A model generated the notes under the pieces. The model saw nothing but the letters and a program-made list of their open reading frames with translations, ran no database searches and was not told the DNA's origin. Positions 1 to 9,305 of a DNA stretch of 64,000 nucleotides are shown here, piece after piece. The number at the start of each line of letters is the position of its first letter. The stretch's first letter is position 1. The stretch spans positions 1-64,000 of the IMG/VR virus record IMGVR_UViG_3300032328_000860. One strand, given 5' to 3'. The stretch is from a virus. Lineage: Duplodnaviria; Caudoviricetes. The translations under genes were made by a program, and so were the position numbers.

Positions 1-1263
1 AACGGCGTTGAGTTGTCAATAAACGTCACTTCTATCGTGGCTGAAATTGTTGGTCGCGCCGGCTGGACTCCTGGCAACGCCATAAAAATTGTCATGTATG
101 GCGACAATGCTACAAACGATTCGGTCTGGCGACCGCCTAACACTTCCGTTCCAGGCACTCTTACTATTGAGTGGCGAGACACAGCCACCCCAACGCCCAC
201 CGCCACAAGCACTCCGACCAATACGCCGACACTAACATCCACACCAACACCAACCAACACACTAACACAAACCCCCACTACTACTCCGACAACTACTATA
301 ACCAACACTCCTACCTCTAGTACCATAGCAGTTACCCCTACCACGACAACTAGTTCTACTCCAACAATTACGCCAACTTCCAGTAGTATACCAGCTACAC
401 CCACTCCAACTACTACCTCGACTCCAACGCTAACGACCAGTATTACTCCCACTCCAACAAGCACACCGGCAGCAGCAGTTCCTATCAGTCCATTAAGTTT
501 AGCAAACGGATTCCTTAGCGCACTAAGAACTGACACCGTTAGTGACAGCGAATTCCCTAACGCTGCATTGACCAATGGATATTTGAGTGTTTTAAGAGTC
601 AACGACACAATTAGTGAAGCTGAATTTCCAAATGCTGTGTTAGCAAACGGGTATTTAGATATCTTGCGTAATGATTCTATTACATATAATACAGTTAATG
701 CTCCCACAAATCTAACGGCAACTTCTGTTGAGTTAAATGTTATTTTGACATGGACAGCACCGAACAATATCAGTTCGTCTTTGATGAGCAACTATATAGT
801 GGAGTATACGCCGTCAGGAGGTACGGCACAGACCGTCACTACCAACAGTAGCAACACCAGCTACACAATAACTGGACTAACAAGTGGTATATCTTATACA
901 TTTAGGGTGGCTGGTATGAATAATGGGAGTGTTGGAACTTACACGGATCCTAGTAACTCCGTGACAATTCCTAATATTCCAAGCGCTCCTCGAAATCTTA
1001 CTGCATCGCCTACTTGTTGTGGGCCACGCATAAATGTAAATTGGTCCGCTCCGACAAGCAACGGAGGCTTTGCAATAACTGGTTATAGAGTACAAATTTC
1101 AGGCGGTGGCTTTTCTGTAAATCAAGTAGTATCTGGTACGTCTTTTGCGAGTCCTGATAATGGTAATTATGGTGGTTCCGCAACAGTTTCTGTTAGAGCA
1201 ATAAACTCAGCGGGAGAAAGTCCTTTAACTAGCACAAATGTATCATGGGATTTTGGAAACTAA
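1..1263 (+). CDS. Thr/Pro-rich (mucin-like) surface or virion protein with two fibronectin type III domains; 5'-truncated by window edge
   Basis: Frame is open from base 1. Long TPTPT linker, then two FN3 repeats (APTNLTA..LTWTAP..Y.VEY..YTFRVAG; PSAPRNLTA..WSAP..GYRV..VRAINSAGES). Confidence 0.8.
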   Translation, partial: NGVELSINVTSIVAEIVGRAGWTPGNAIKIVMYGDNATNDSVWRPPNTSVPGTLTIEWRDTATPTPTATSTPTNTPTLTSTPTPTNTLTQTPTTTPTTTITNTPTSSTIAVTPTTTTSSTPTITPTSSSIPATPTPTTTSTPTLTTSITPTPTSTPAAAVPISPLSLANGFLSALRTDTVSDSEFPNAALTNGYLSVLRVNDTISEAEFPNAVLANGYLDILRNDSITYNTVNAPTNLTATSVELNVILTWTAPNNISSSLMSNYIVEYTPSGGTAQTVTTNSSNTSYTITGLTSGISYTFRVAGMNNGSVGTYTDPSNSVTIPNIPSAPRNLTASPTCCGPRINVNWSAPTSNGGFAITGYRVQISGGGFSVNQVVSGTSFASPDNGNYGGSATVSVRAINSAGESPLTSTNVSWDFGN

Positions 1264-1772
1264 TGAAAATTGATTATTTTAACACATTTATTGAAGAGAC
1301 AACCCGTAAAACATTATTTGACTTTGCTGTTAATATGCAAAATGACTTTGTAAAAACTTCAAATAAAGACAGAAAAATATCCGGAGCCTTAGTTCTTCCA
1401 AAAGAAGCGATATCCATTCAAAAAGAATTAATAAATCTGTATAGTAAAATATGTCCAATTACCCCAATGTCATATTGGCATAAAGGCATAATGTGTTCTA
1501 TAATGGAACCCAAATCGGAAATGCCTGTTCACTTAGACTCTAACTACAAAAAAGATGGCTTATCGGTTGTTGGCTTTAATCTATTAGTATCAGAATCAAA
1601 TGTTGAAAACAATGTCACGGTTGAAGATCAGAAATACATTATGAAAACAGGAGATATGATGGCTTACCTCATTAGTGATTACTATCATGGTGTATCTCCT
1701 ATAGGAAACGTTCCTAGGGTTATGTGGTATTGGCGTTTTTATGTAGACAAAAAAACTTGGGAAAACCGATAA
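1263..1772 (+). CDS. 2OG-Fe(II) oxygenase superfamily protein
   Basis: HxD (VHLD), distal H (YHGV) and R (PRVM); ATG at 1263 overlaps the upstream TAA; paralog of 3672..4259. Confidence 0.7.
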   Translation: MKIDYFNTFIEETTRKTLFDFAVNMQNDFVKTSNKDRKISGALVLPKEAISIQKELINLYSKICPITPMSYWHKGIMCSIMEPKSEMPVHLDSNYKKDGLSVVGFNLLVSESNVENNVTVEDQKYIMKTGDMMAYLISDYYHGVSPIGNVPRVMWYWRFYVDKKTWENR

Positions 1773-1814
1773 TAAATTTTAGTAAATAATACATACTTGT
1801 AAAAGGAGAATAAA

Positions 1815-3143
1815 ATGGCAATTATAACATATGAAGGTTTTGAAAATTATAGTTCTTTTGATGCTGTTAAGAGTTATTTGAATTATACTAATTATGGAAC
1901 TATGGGTTTTATTAGTTCAACAGATGCCAATGGAGTAACGCCAAGAAATGGCGGTAGTTGCATAAAATTCACTAATAGTACCAGAACATATCCTAGATTT
2001 TTAATTAAAAGTCCAAATAATGCTACCAACAGTAGCGGCGTTTTTGGTTTTGCTTGGTATCCAATATTACCAGCGGGCGGAGGTTGGGGAGACGTTACTC
2101 CTATAGCAACTATTGTAGATTCTGCTGGAAGACCTCATTTTTTTATTACAGTCAATAGTAATCTAAATATACAAGTAAGAGTGCTGAATACAACTTATGA
2201 CGCAAGCTATCACTGTGCTGGTAATCCTCAACCTTATAATCATTCTAATTATCTTTGGAATGTTCCATCCTTTAATTATGAATGTGGCAAAGGTGGTTGT
2301 AACATTAATTATTATTTAACTGATTATTCAGGAAATTGTGGTGGTAATGAAAGATCAGATATAGCCCCAATGTCTGCTAATATTTTAAACTTACTAGGCT
2401 CAAGCAGCAGCTTGATTACCATGAATGCATGGAACTATATCGAAGTAAAGTATAGTCTCTCTTCATCAACAAACGGTTATATTCAGTTAAAATTAAATAG
2501 AAATGCTAATGATTCTACTTTAGATATAAATTCTCAAAATATTAAAACAACATTTCAGAGTTCTCCTTCCGCACAGGGTCTAGTTTTTGGCATACATTGG
2601 AGTAGAAACTCTGCTAATACAGCTTCTTTACATAATAGCGCTTGGACAAGTTATTTTGATGATATCTACTGGGCAGATCTAACTGGTTCTAATAATAATG
2701 ATTTCCTAGGAAGAGTAAATTGCAAAAAGTTTAGTTATAATGAAGTTGCAAGTTATAATATGACAACACCAGCGAATAGTGGTACTGCTCTTTCTAATTT
2801 TAACGAGACTTTTAGTGGTATTGGAACCATATCAACAAGGAATTTAGGCAACGTTGTTGGTCAAACATTAGATGTTAAGAGTACAGGAGTTAGTAGTGAA
2901 ACACTAAGCCCTATATTTGTTCGTCAATATGTTCATGGCTATAAAACAGAACCTAATAGTGATATTGCTATCGGAGCTACTAATGGAGCAAATAATATAG
3001 CCGTTACTGGTGTTGGCTTGAGTAATGATAGTATCAACGGAACATTAAAGTTTAGAGATTATGATAATGCTCCTGACGGTGCTGAGTGGACAAATCAAAA
3101 GATTGCAGATACAACATTTAAACACACTATAATAGCAAGTTGA
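1815..3143 (+). CDS. Putative virion/tail protein, beta-sandwich (LamG/ConA-like)
   Basis: AGGAG RBS. N-terminal MAIITYEGFENY, then WNYIEVK and YFDDIYW and C-terminal PDGAEWT, resembling phage tail-associated proteins. Confidence 0.45.
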   Translation: MAIITYEGFENYSSFDAVKSYLNYTNYGTMGFISSTDANGVTPRNGGSCIKFTNSTRTYPRFLIKSPNNATNSSGVFGFAWYPILPAGGGWGDVTPIATIVDSAGRPHFFITVNSNLNIQVRVLNTTYDASYHCAGNPQPYNHSNYLWNVPSFNYECGKGGCNINYYLTDYSGNCGGNERSDIAPMSANILNLLGSSSSLITMNAWNYIEVKYSLSSSTNGYIQLKLNRNANDSTLDINSQNIKTTFQSSPSAQGLVFGIHWSRNSANTASLHNSAWTSYFDDIYWADLTGSNNNDFLGRVNCKKFSYNEVASYNMTTPANSGTALSNFNETFSGIGTISTRNLGNVVGQTLDVKSTGVSSETLSPIFVRQYVHGYKTEPNSDIAIGATNGANNIAVTGVGLSNDSINGTLKFRDYDNAPDGAEWTNQKIADTTFKHTIIAS

Positions 3144-3688
3144 AAAATATGAAGGGTGTTTGTGCAATATATAAAGGTAGGGCTTTAGCTTTAGTAACTC
3201 GTAGTGGTAGTCATGCTCTTATGAGCTTGATGTTGCCAGAGGTTTATGAAAAGAAAATACCTTCTAACCTAAAAGAAGATCGTTGGCATCCTATAATGAA
3301 TCTACAGGGTTGGGATATTAGAAATGGTTTACCAGAATGTGAAGTTTGTTGTATGGTACGAAATCCTGTAGATAGATTCAGAAGCTCTTGTGCTAGACGG
3401 AATAAGACTGTTGAAGAAGGTTTGTTAGAAGACGAAGTTCATTTTTGGAGCATAGAAAGTATGGGGCTTTTAAATGACAAAATTAAATACTTTTTATTTC
3501 CAGAACAAATTGATGAATGTGCATTTTGGTTAGGATTACCAACACTAGCACCAAGATTAAACGAAGAAAAAGATGATAAGAAACCAGTTTTAAGCGAGAG
3601 CCAACTTAAATTAGTGGTTAAACAATACTATAGAGATAATGAACTATATAAAAAATTAAAGGAGAATTATTATGCCAAACAATTTTGA
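3140..3688 (+). CDS. Sulfotransferase-family protein (Sulfotransfer_2-like)
   Basis: 5'-PSB-like TRSGSHAL and 3'-PB VRNPVDRFRS motifs; C-terminal Y..D..LY. Confidence 0.65.
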   Translation: MKNMKGVCAIYKGRALALVTRSGSHALMSLMLPEVYEKKIPSNLKEDRWHPIMNLQGWDIRNGLPECEVCCMVRNPVDRFRSSCARRNKTVEEGLLEDEVHFWSIESMGLLNDKIKYFLFPEQIDECAFWLGLPTLAPRLNEEKDDKKPVLSESQLKLVVKQYYRDNELYKKLKENYYAKQF

Positions 3689-4259
3689 TGGTCAGGTTTT
3701 ACTAGTTCCTAATTTCCTATCACCAGAAGAAATTCAAGTTCTTAAGGACTGGACCAATCAAGCTGTAATTGATGGTCAGTTTGTTGATGGAATCACAGGA
3801 GACTGGAACAAGAAAGAATTTGATCGAACAAAGAAAAGACTTACTAACAGAATGAGTCAAAATATTAATTATCCAGAATTAGTAAAGACTTTACAGGAAA
3901 GAATTCGCCAAGTTGTTCCACTAACAGCAGAAGCTCCAGTTATTGAGGGGCATGGTAAAGACGGAGTTGTTGTGAGCGTAACATATAATGATGGTGATGT
4001 TTACAAGCACAAAGATCCTAGTGTTGGCGAAGGGGTTGCGGGTTTAAGATGCAACATTTTAGCCAGTAAAGCACAAAACGGTGGAACAATCCACGTTGAG
4101 GATAAGACTTATAATTTGAATGAGGGCGATATGATGTGCTATTTAGTAACTGAACTTTATCATAGTGTTGAGGTTTGTAACGGAGATAACCCACGAACAC
4201 TATTTATGTTCGGATTTGTTGTTGATAAAGATAGCTGGAATAATCAAAATGGTGTATAA
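3672..4259 (+). CDS. 2OG-Fe(II) oxygenase (prolyl-4-hydroxylase-like fold)
   Basis: N-terminal VPNFLSPEE; HxD (KHKD), GG, distal H (YHSV) and R (PRT). Confidence 0.8.
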   Translation: MPNNFDGQVLLVPNFLSPEEIQVLKDWTNQAVIDGQFVDGITGDWNKKEFDRTKKRLTNRMSQNINYPELVKTLQERIRQVVPLTAEAPVIEGHGKDGVVVSVTYNDGDVYKHKDPSVGEGVAGLRCNILASKAQNGGTIHVEDKTYNLNEGDMMCYLVTELYHSVEVCNGDNPRTLFMFGFVVDKDSWNNQNGV

Positions 4260-4265
4260 TATAAA
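4249..4265 (+). promoter_or_regulatory. ATGGTGTAT + AT-rich motif, candidate phage-specific (late) promoter
   Basis: Same 9-mer recurs at gene boundaries at 8039 and 12902. Confidence 0.45.
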
Positions 4266-4306
4266 ATATTGCCATAAAAATTGTATTATTTGCAAAGGGT
4301 TTATGT

Positions 4307-4654
4307 ATGATTAAGCCTGGATATAGAAGTTCAGAATTTTGGCTAACCGTAGTTAGTTTCATATTTAGTGGCTTATATTTGATTGGTCTATTAGAGGATA
4401 ATAGTCAAAAAGAAGACCTGATAGCAGAAACTAGTCGGGGAGTAGAAGCTGTCATATTGGTCATAGGACAACTATTAGTATTATATAGATATGTCAAGGG
4501 TCGTAATGAACTTAAAAAGGTATGGTGGGATACAGCAAGTCCAGAAGAAAGAAAAGAAGCTAATACCAGAAATGCTAGAACAAAAAAAACCAAACCCAAA
4601 AAAACCAAATCCTCAACCCTAAAGGGAAAAAACAATGTCAATAATAACAGTTAA
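4307..4654 (+). CDS. Small two-TM membrane protein, holin-like
   Basis: KPGYRSSEFW N-terminus, two hydrophobic helices, highly basic C-terminal tail. Confidence 0.5.
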   Translation: MIKPGYRSSEFWLTVVSFIFSGLYLIGLLEDNSQKEDLIAETSRGVEAVILVIGQLLVLYRYVKGRNELKKVWWDTASPEERKEANTRNARTKKTKPKKTKSSTLKGKNNVNNNS

Positions 4655-5069
4655 ACAATTAGTTAAATTAGAAATTGATAAATTAATTATACAAGCTAAG
4701 TTATCTCTCAATGAGGTAAAAACAGTAGCATTAGCTCAAGCCTGGAGAATATTACAATTAGCCGTAGCTAGTACCATTCAAGTAATAGAAAATACAGCTT
4801 TAGACTTAACTGGTAAAGATAAAAAAACTATAGCTATGGAATTATTAAGCGAATTTTATGATAAAGTTTTTATAATTATAGATATTCCATTTGTTCCTAA
4901 TCTTGTTGAGCGTATTATACATAAGTATACTAAAGTATTTCTTATGATTTTAGTAAGCAGTACTATCGATGCTATGGTAACCACATTTAGAAATACTGGT
5001 GTTTTTGTTGATCGTAGTATTGATACAAATGCTTTTATGGAAGTTAGGCCAAAGATTTCAGAAAAATAA
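4635..5069 (+). CDS. Hypothetical protein
   Basis: 144-aa ORF overlapping the upstream gene in a tight operon. Confidence 0.65.
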   Translation: MSIITVKQLVKLEIDKLIIQAKLSLNEVKTVALAQAWRILQLAVASTIQVIENTALDLTGKDKKTIAMELLSEFYDKVFIIIDIPFVPNLVERIIHKYTKVFLMILVSSTIDAMVTTFRNTGVFVDRSIDTNAFMEVRPKISEK

Positions 5070-5081
5070 AAGAGGTTTACA

Positions 5082-5465
5082 ATGAATTTTACAGAAAGTT
5101 TTGAACAATTTAGCAGCAAATTAACCACAACAGATTTAGCTTTATATGCTGGGGCTGGACTTGTACTATGGGTCTTATTCAAAGAAAAACTTAATCCAGT
5201 TCAAAAAATGATATCTGATTTATTAAATAGGGCTAAAAGCTCTATAAATAAACCTAAAATTGATGCTGTTGTTATTCCAGAAGTATCTCCTGTTATTGTG
5301 TCAGAAAGCAATAAAGAAGATGTATTTTTTAAACTAGTTGTAAGCTGGAAACAAACACGAGATTTGGCGGTAAAGAGTGGTTGTGTTGAGGCTGTAAAAG
5401 TGGCTGACCAAATGTTTCCGTTTTTAAGTCCTAATGTGTGCGGTAAGACTGAGGAGAAAGTATAA
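5082..5465 (+). CDS. Hypothetical single-TM membrane protein
   Basis: GAGG RBS; hydrophobic LALYAGAGLVLWVLF. Confidence 0.65.
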   Translation: MNFTESFEQFSSKLTTTDLALYAGAGLVLWVLFKEKLNPVQKMISDLLNRAKSSINKPKIDAVVIPEVSPVIVSESNKEDVFFKLVVSWKQTRDLAVKSGCVEAVKVADQMFPFLSPNVCGKTEEKV

Positions 5466-5959
5466 TGAATAATGCAAAAGTATTATTAATAATTGGACTA
5501 ATATTAGTTCTTCTTGGTTGGTTTAAACCTGATGTCTCATCAGTATTTCCTAATAAAAACACCAATGTAGACGTTATGGAACTAGCTGCTCCAACAGATG
5601 CTAATATCAAAAAAGAAGCAGACGAAGTAGTGGTTTTATTAAAAGGATATAAGTCTGGTGATAAAAGAGATTTTAAAAAATTAAGAGATTTATATTTAGA
5701 TCTTGGTCGTTTAGTAGAATTGGACGGAGAAGATGAGGTTATTACTAGCACAGAAGAACTTCGTCAGGCTAATAAGCTGACAGGAGTAATGTTAAGGTTA
5801 GATATTAAAGGTAAGTATCCAGATCTAGCTAAAGAATGCAAAGACGTAATTGTTGCTGCTGTGGGTGATGATGCAATTAAACTATCTAAAGAATTAAGAC
5901 CAAAAGGTGTTGAAGGTTTTAATGGTTTAGCCTGGAGCTTTAATGAGGGTAGTAAATAA
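5465..5959 (+). CDS. Hypothetical protein with N-terminal signal/anchor
   Basis: VLLIIGLILVLLGWF; stop/start overlaps at both ends. Confidence 0.65.
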   Translation: MNNAKVLLIIGLILVLLGWFKPDVSSVFPNKNTNVDVMELAAPTDANIKKEADEVVVLLKGYKSGDKRDFKKLRDLYLDLGRLVELDGEDEVITSTEELRQANKLTGVMLRLDIKGKYPDLAKECKDVIVAAVGDDAIKLSKELRPKGVEGFNGLAWSFNEGSK

Positions 5960-8022
5960 TGCCACGCTTTACTCCTAAAGAACTATACGATAATTATCGA
6001 CAGGGCTACAATGGTTGTCTTTGGGAGCCCCATATATTCGATCATTTAATGGAAATTTCTAAATATCCATTATTCGGAGATGCTAGTAAGAAAGTTTCTG
6101 GAACAGGCAAAGGAAAGCTGTCTACTCCTTATAAAAGCGTATTAAAATTTGATAAAAACCCATATAATGAAAGACAAGTAACTGGTGACTGCCAAAATGG
6201 TAGCGATTTAGTATTGATGAGCGATGGCTCGTCAAAAGCAATTAAAGATATCAAAATTGGAGAGTATGTAATCAGCGCTCTCGGCAAGAAGAGAAAAGTC
6301 ACAAACATTTTTAAAAAACCTTATCACAAAAAAATGGTGGAGTTAACCCTGTCTAATCATACTAAAATAGCTTCTACTCCAGACCACCAATATATTATAG
6401 ATAATATATCAATGAAAACAAAGGCTATTGGATTACTAGAGATTGGAGACAGCGTATTTATGCCCCAGGTTGATTTTGAAGAAGATCATATTTTTGATAT
6501 GACTAATTTCTATGATGGGAAAATTATAGATGAAAATACCGACTACAAACAACTGAGACTAGAACCCGTAGAGAAAGGATATATTAGAGCCAAAGGGGGT
6601 AGATGCCCAATTAAACGATATATTAAATTAGACACAAAATTATGTTGGCTTCTAGGCCTATATGCCGCAGAGGGGGGTGTTGATGGTGTGGATAATAAGA
6701 TCGAAAGAATCACTTTCAACTTAGGCGGACATGAGGCTATTATCGCAGAACAAATTCGTTCTTACATCAAAGAAATCTTTGATATTGATACTCATATTTA
6801 TCAAGTGCCATCAAAATCAACAGTTATCTATGCTAGAATAAATAGTGTATTTGTTGCGAATTTATTTAAGTATCTTGTTAATGGCAACACCTATACCAAA
6901 AGCTTAGGGAAACAATTGTTTGTAACTACTAAAAAAAATAAACTAGCCTTACTAAAAGGCTGGATTGATGGTGATGGCCATCAAGGTAAAATACAGACTT
7001 CTGCTTGTAGTGTTTCTAAAAATCTAGTATTGAATTTTGCCAAAATAGCTAATGATGTTAATCTTAATTTTTCTATTTTGAAAAGAGATATGTCTCATGA
7101 TCAGAATAGACAAGATGCGTACGTTTTAAATTTAAGTGCTTCGTCGAGCAGACATATAGCTTGTGAAAAAACTAAATACATTACAAAAATATCTATGAAA
7201 AATACTATAGGTTCTATGATTAGAATCGTAGATATTAATATAGTAGAACCAGAAGAAAATTTTGTTTACTGTATAGAAGTTGAAAAAGATCATAATTTTA
7301 TTTGTAATGGTATTGGTATCAATAACTGTGTAAGTCACGCAACGCGAAACGCTTGTGATGTTAGTCGAGCAGTAGAAATTGATGTTCATGCAGATAGAGA
7401 GAGTTGGATAGCTAGGGGCGCAACAGAGGGAATTTATGGTGCTCGTGGGCATGGTGGACAAGGCATGAGTTGTGCTAGAGCGGCTGAGTTTGTGAGTAAA
7501 TATGGGGGTGTTTTAGTTAGAAAAAACTATAAAGGCGTTGTTGATTTATCTAAATACCAAGGAATGTTAGGTGCGGGCTGGGGAGGTCGTGGACTACCAG
7601 ATCCTATTATAGATTTAGCAAATGACCATCAAATAAAAACAGTTAGTCTTGTAAGAACAGTAGAAGAAGCACGAGACGCTTTAGCTAATGGTTATGCATT
7701 AAGTGTTTGTTCTAGTTATGGATTTAGTAGCATACGAGATAAAAAGGGCTTTGCTAAGCAGTCTGGCTCATGGGCTCATGCTATGGCATGGATAGCATGT
7801 GATGACACTAATGGAGAACTAGCGTTCCTGATCCAAAATAGTTGGGGCAAATGGAACGATGGAGGACATCCAGATTGGGGTCCTATTCCAGATGGATCTT
7901 TTTTAATAAAAGCCGATGTGGCAAAGGGAATGCTTTCTCAAAACGGGGCCTACGCATTCAGTAATTTTGATGGTTTCCCAGTACAAAAACTACCAGATTA
8001 CGGATTTGATTCTTATCTATAA
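5959..8022 (+). CDS. Papain-like (C1 family) cysteine peptidase containing an intein
   Basis: After removing the intein: RQVTGD-CVSHA (oxyanion Gln and catalytic Cys), WAHAM (His) and IQNSWG (Asn). Confidence 0.85.
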   Translation: MPRFTPKELYDNYRQGYNGCLWEPHIFDHLMEISKYPLFGDASKKVSGTGKGKLSTPYKSVLKFDKNPYNERQVTGDCQNGSDLVLMSDGSSKAIKDIKIGEYVISALGKKRKVTNIFKKPYHKKMVELTLSNHTKIASTPDHQYIIDNISMKTKAIGLLEIGDSVFMPQVDFEEDHIFDMTNFYDGKIIDENTDYKQLRLEPVEKGYIRAKGGRCPIKRYIKLDTKLCWLLGLYAAEGGVDGVDNKIERITFNLGGHEAIIAEQIRSYIKEIFDIDTHIYQVPSKSTVIYARINSVFVANLFKYLVNGNTYTKSLGKQLFVTTKKNKLALLKGWIDGDGHQGKIQTSACSVSKNLVLNFAKIANDVNLNFSILKRDMSHDQNRQDAYVLNLSASSSRHIACEKTKYITKISMKNTIGSMIRIVDINIVEPEENFVYCIEVEKDHNFICNGIGINNCVSHATRNACDVSRAVEIDVHADRESWIARGATEGIYGARGHGGQGMSCARAAEFVSKYGGVLVRKNYKGVVDLSKYQGMLGAGWGGRGLPDPIIDLANDHQIKTVSLVRTVEEARDALANGYALSVCSSYGFSSIRDKKGFAKQSGSWAHAMAWIACDDTNGELAFLIQNSWGKWNDGGHPDWGPIPDGSFLIKADVAKGMLSQNGAYAFSNFDGFPVQKLPDYGFDSYL
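6190..7326 (+). mobile_element. Intein (379 aa) with LAGLIDADG homing endonuclease, in C1 peptidase
   Basis: Block A CQNGSDLVLMSDG, block B STPDH, LAGLIDADG motifs LLGLYAAEG and LKGWIDGDG, block F VYCIEV, block G ending GINN, +1 Cys. Confidence 0.9.
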
Positions 8023-8038
8023 TTCTTAAATTATTTTA

Positions 8039-8057
8039 ATGGTGTATTATAATAATA
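8039..8057 (+). promoter_or_regulatory. ATGGTGTAT motif, candidate phage promoter
   Basis: Intergenic, just upstream of AGGAG RBS and the ATG at 8076. Confidence 0.45.
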
Positions 8058-8075
8058 CCTATTAGGAGTATTTTT

Positions 8076-8288
8076 ATGAATCTTAGAGAGCGCTTACAAA
8101 TACGCGGTTTAGTTAATCTAATCATTAGTGTTATTGAGCGTTTGGTTAATTTAATAATCAAACTATCTCCGAAACCTAAAGCCGATAATGTTCCTGTAAA
8201 TAAACCTAGTCGTCCTAGACCTATTAAAAAAGTAGTTGATACTATAGACAATATAGTACCATTGCCTTGGAGAAAAAAAGATGAATAA
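8076..8288 (+). CDS. Hypothetical small basic protein
   Basis: AGGAG RBS; overlaps the next gene. Confidence 0.6.
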   Translation: MNLRERLQIRGLVNLIISVIERLVNLIIKLSPKPKADNVPVNKPSRPRPIKKVVDTIDNIVPLPWRKKDE

Positions 8289-8589
8289 ATTAGTTTGTTC
8301 AATTTTATTGGCTGGCATATTCTTTTCTGCTACGAGTTATTATGGATCCACAACTGCTCCTGTTGTGCTTGTAGGGGGTATTATTAAAAGTAAACATATG
8401 GATGAGTCTCAAAAAAAATATAAAAGAAAAGACTGTCCGGTTTGCAAAGGCAAAGGATGGTATATGAGTGGTGATAATATTAAAAAAATAGAATGTGGTT
8501 ATTGTGAACCTGAAGATGAATCTAAATCATCTGATCCTAATGTTAAGTGTGGTAAAGACTCATGCAAAACCAAGGTTATACACAAATGA
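8281..8589 (+). CDS. Secreted/anchored protein with DnaJ-type Zn finger
   Basis: Signal-like N-terminus; CPVCKGKG...CGYC. Confidence 0.6.
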   Translation: MNKLVCSILLAGIFFSATSYYGSTTAPVVLVGGIIKSKHMDESQKKYKRKDCPVCKGKGWYMSGDNIKKIECGYCEPEDESKSSDPNVKCGKDSCKTKVIHK

Positions 8590-8981
8590 ATAACGAAGAT
8601 CTTAAAAAAATTGCCCAAAAAATTATTAACAAAATGCCTAATAAAGATGAAAATACAGAAAAATTTGGTAGCGTTATAGCAATATTGATGGTTATTAGTA
8701 TCATTTTAACGGTGGTTCGAGTTATACAAGAGTGTGAGAAAACCAAAATCAAATTATTTAATCGTCAGCAAAAATACGAATATTTTAGCGAACAAATTAG
8801 AACGCTAACTATGAAAAGATCATGGTTTACAAGAATGACTATTAAAAAAACCATCAGAAGAGAATTATCTAAAGAAGATTATAAAAAATATGGTGGCTAT
8901 TTAATGAATGCTATTTTAGATACTGGCGAAAATTTAACAGAAAATGAAATTAAAACACTAGTGGAGGCAGCAAATGTTTAA
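8586..8981 (+). CDS. Hypothetical single-TM protein
   Basis: ATGA overlap start at 8586; hydrophobic SVIAILMVISIILTVV. Confidence 0.6.
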   Translation: MNNEDLKKIAQKIINKMPNKDENTEKFGSVIAILMVISIILTVVRVIQECEKTKIKLFNRQQKYEYFSEQIRTLTMKRSWFTRMTIKKTIRRELSKEDYKKYGGYLMNAILDTGENLTENEIKTLVEAANV

Positions 8982-9228
8982 TATCTTAGTATGGTGTGTA
9001 TATGGACTATTTGTTGGCAGCATAGCCAAAAGCGTTGTTCCGGGCGAAGAAAATTTCGGTTTCTGGAAAACTATAGTTCTAGGTGTTGCCGGATCATATA
9101 TGGGTGGAGCTGTGCTATATATGCTTGGCAGTTATGATGCCGTTTCTCCTGCTGGTATAGTGATGGGTGTGGTTGGTGGAGTTCTAGCTCTAGTGCTTTA
9201 TAACAAGCTGTCAAAAACTAGTCCTTGA
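8974..9228 (+). CDS. GlsB/YeaQ/YmgE (transglycosylase-associated) membrane protein
   Basis: 84 aa, three TM helices; W..GL.VG.IAK.VVPG...TIVLGVAGS..GG pattern. Confidence 0.8.
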   Translation: MFNILVWCVYGLFVGSIAKSVVPGEENFGFWKTIVLGVAGSYMGGAVLYMLGSYDAVSPAGIVMGVVGGVLALVLYNKLSKTSP

Positions 9229-9252
9229 CCTAGGAACCAGAAGCTGTAATAT
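9225..9252 (+). promoter_or_regulatory. Sigma70-like promoter TTGACC-N16-TAATAT
   Basis: About 55 nt upstream of the dCMP deaminase start; same spacing at 25091 and 29536. Confidence 0.55.
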
Positions 9253-9305
9253 ATCTTATCGGTTGTCACCAAGCTTTCTCAATACCATCACTAATTTATA
9301 CAAAA

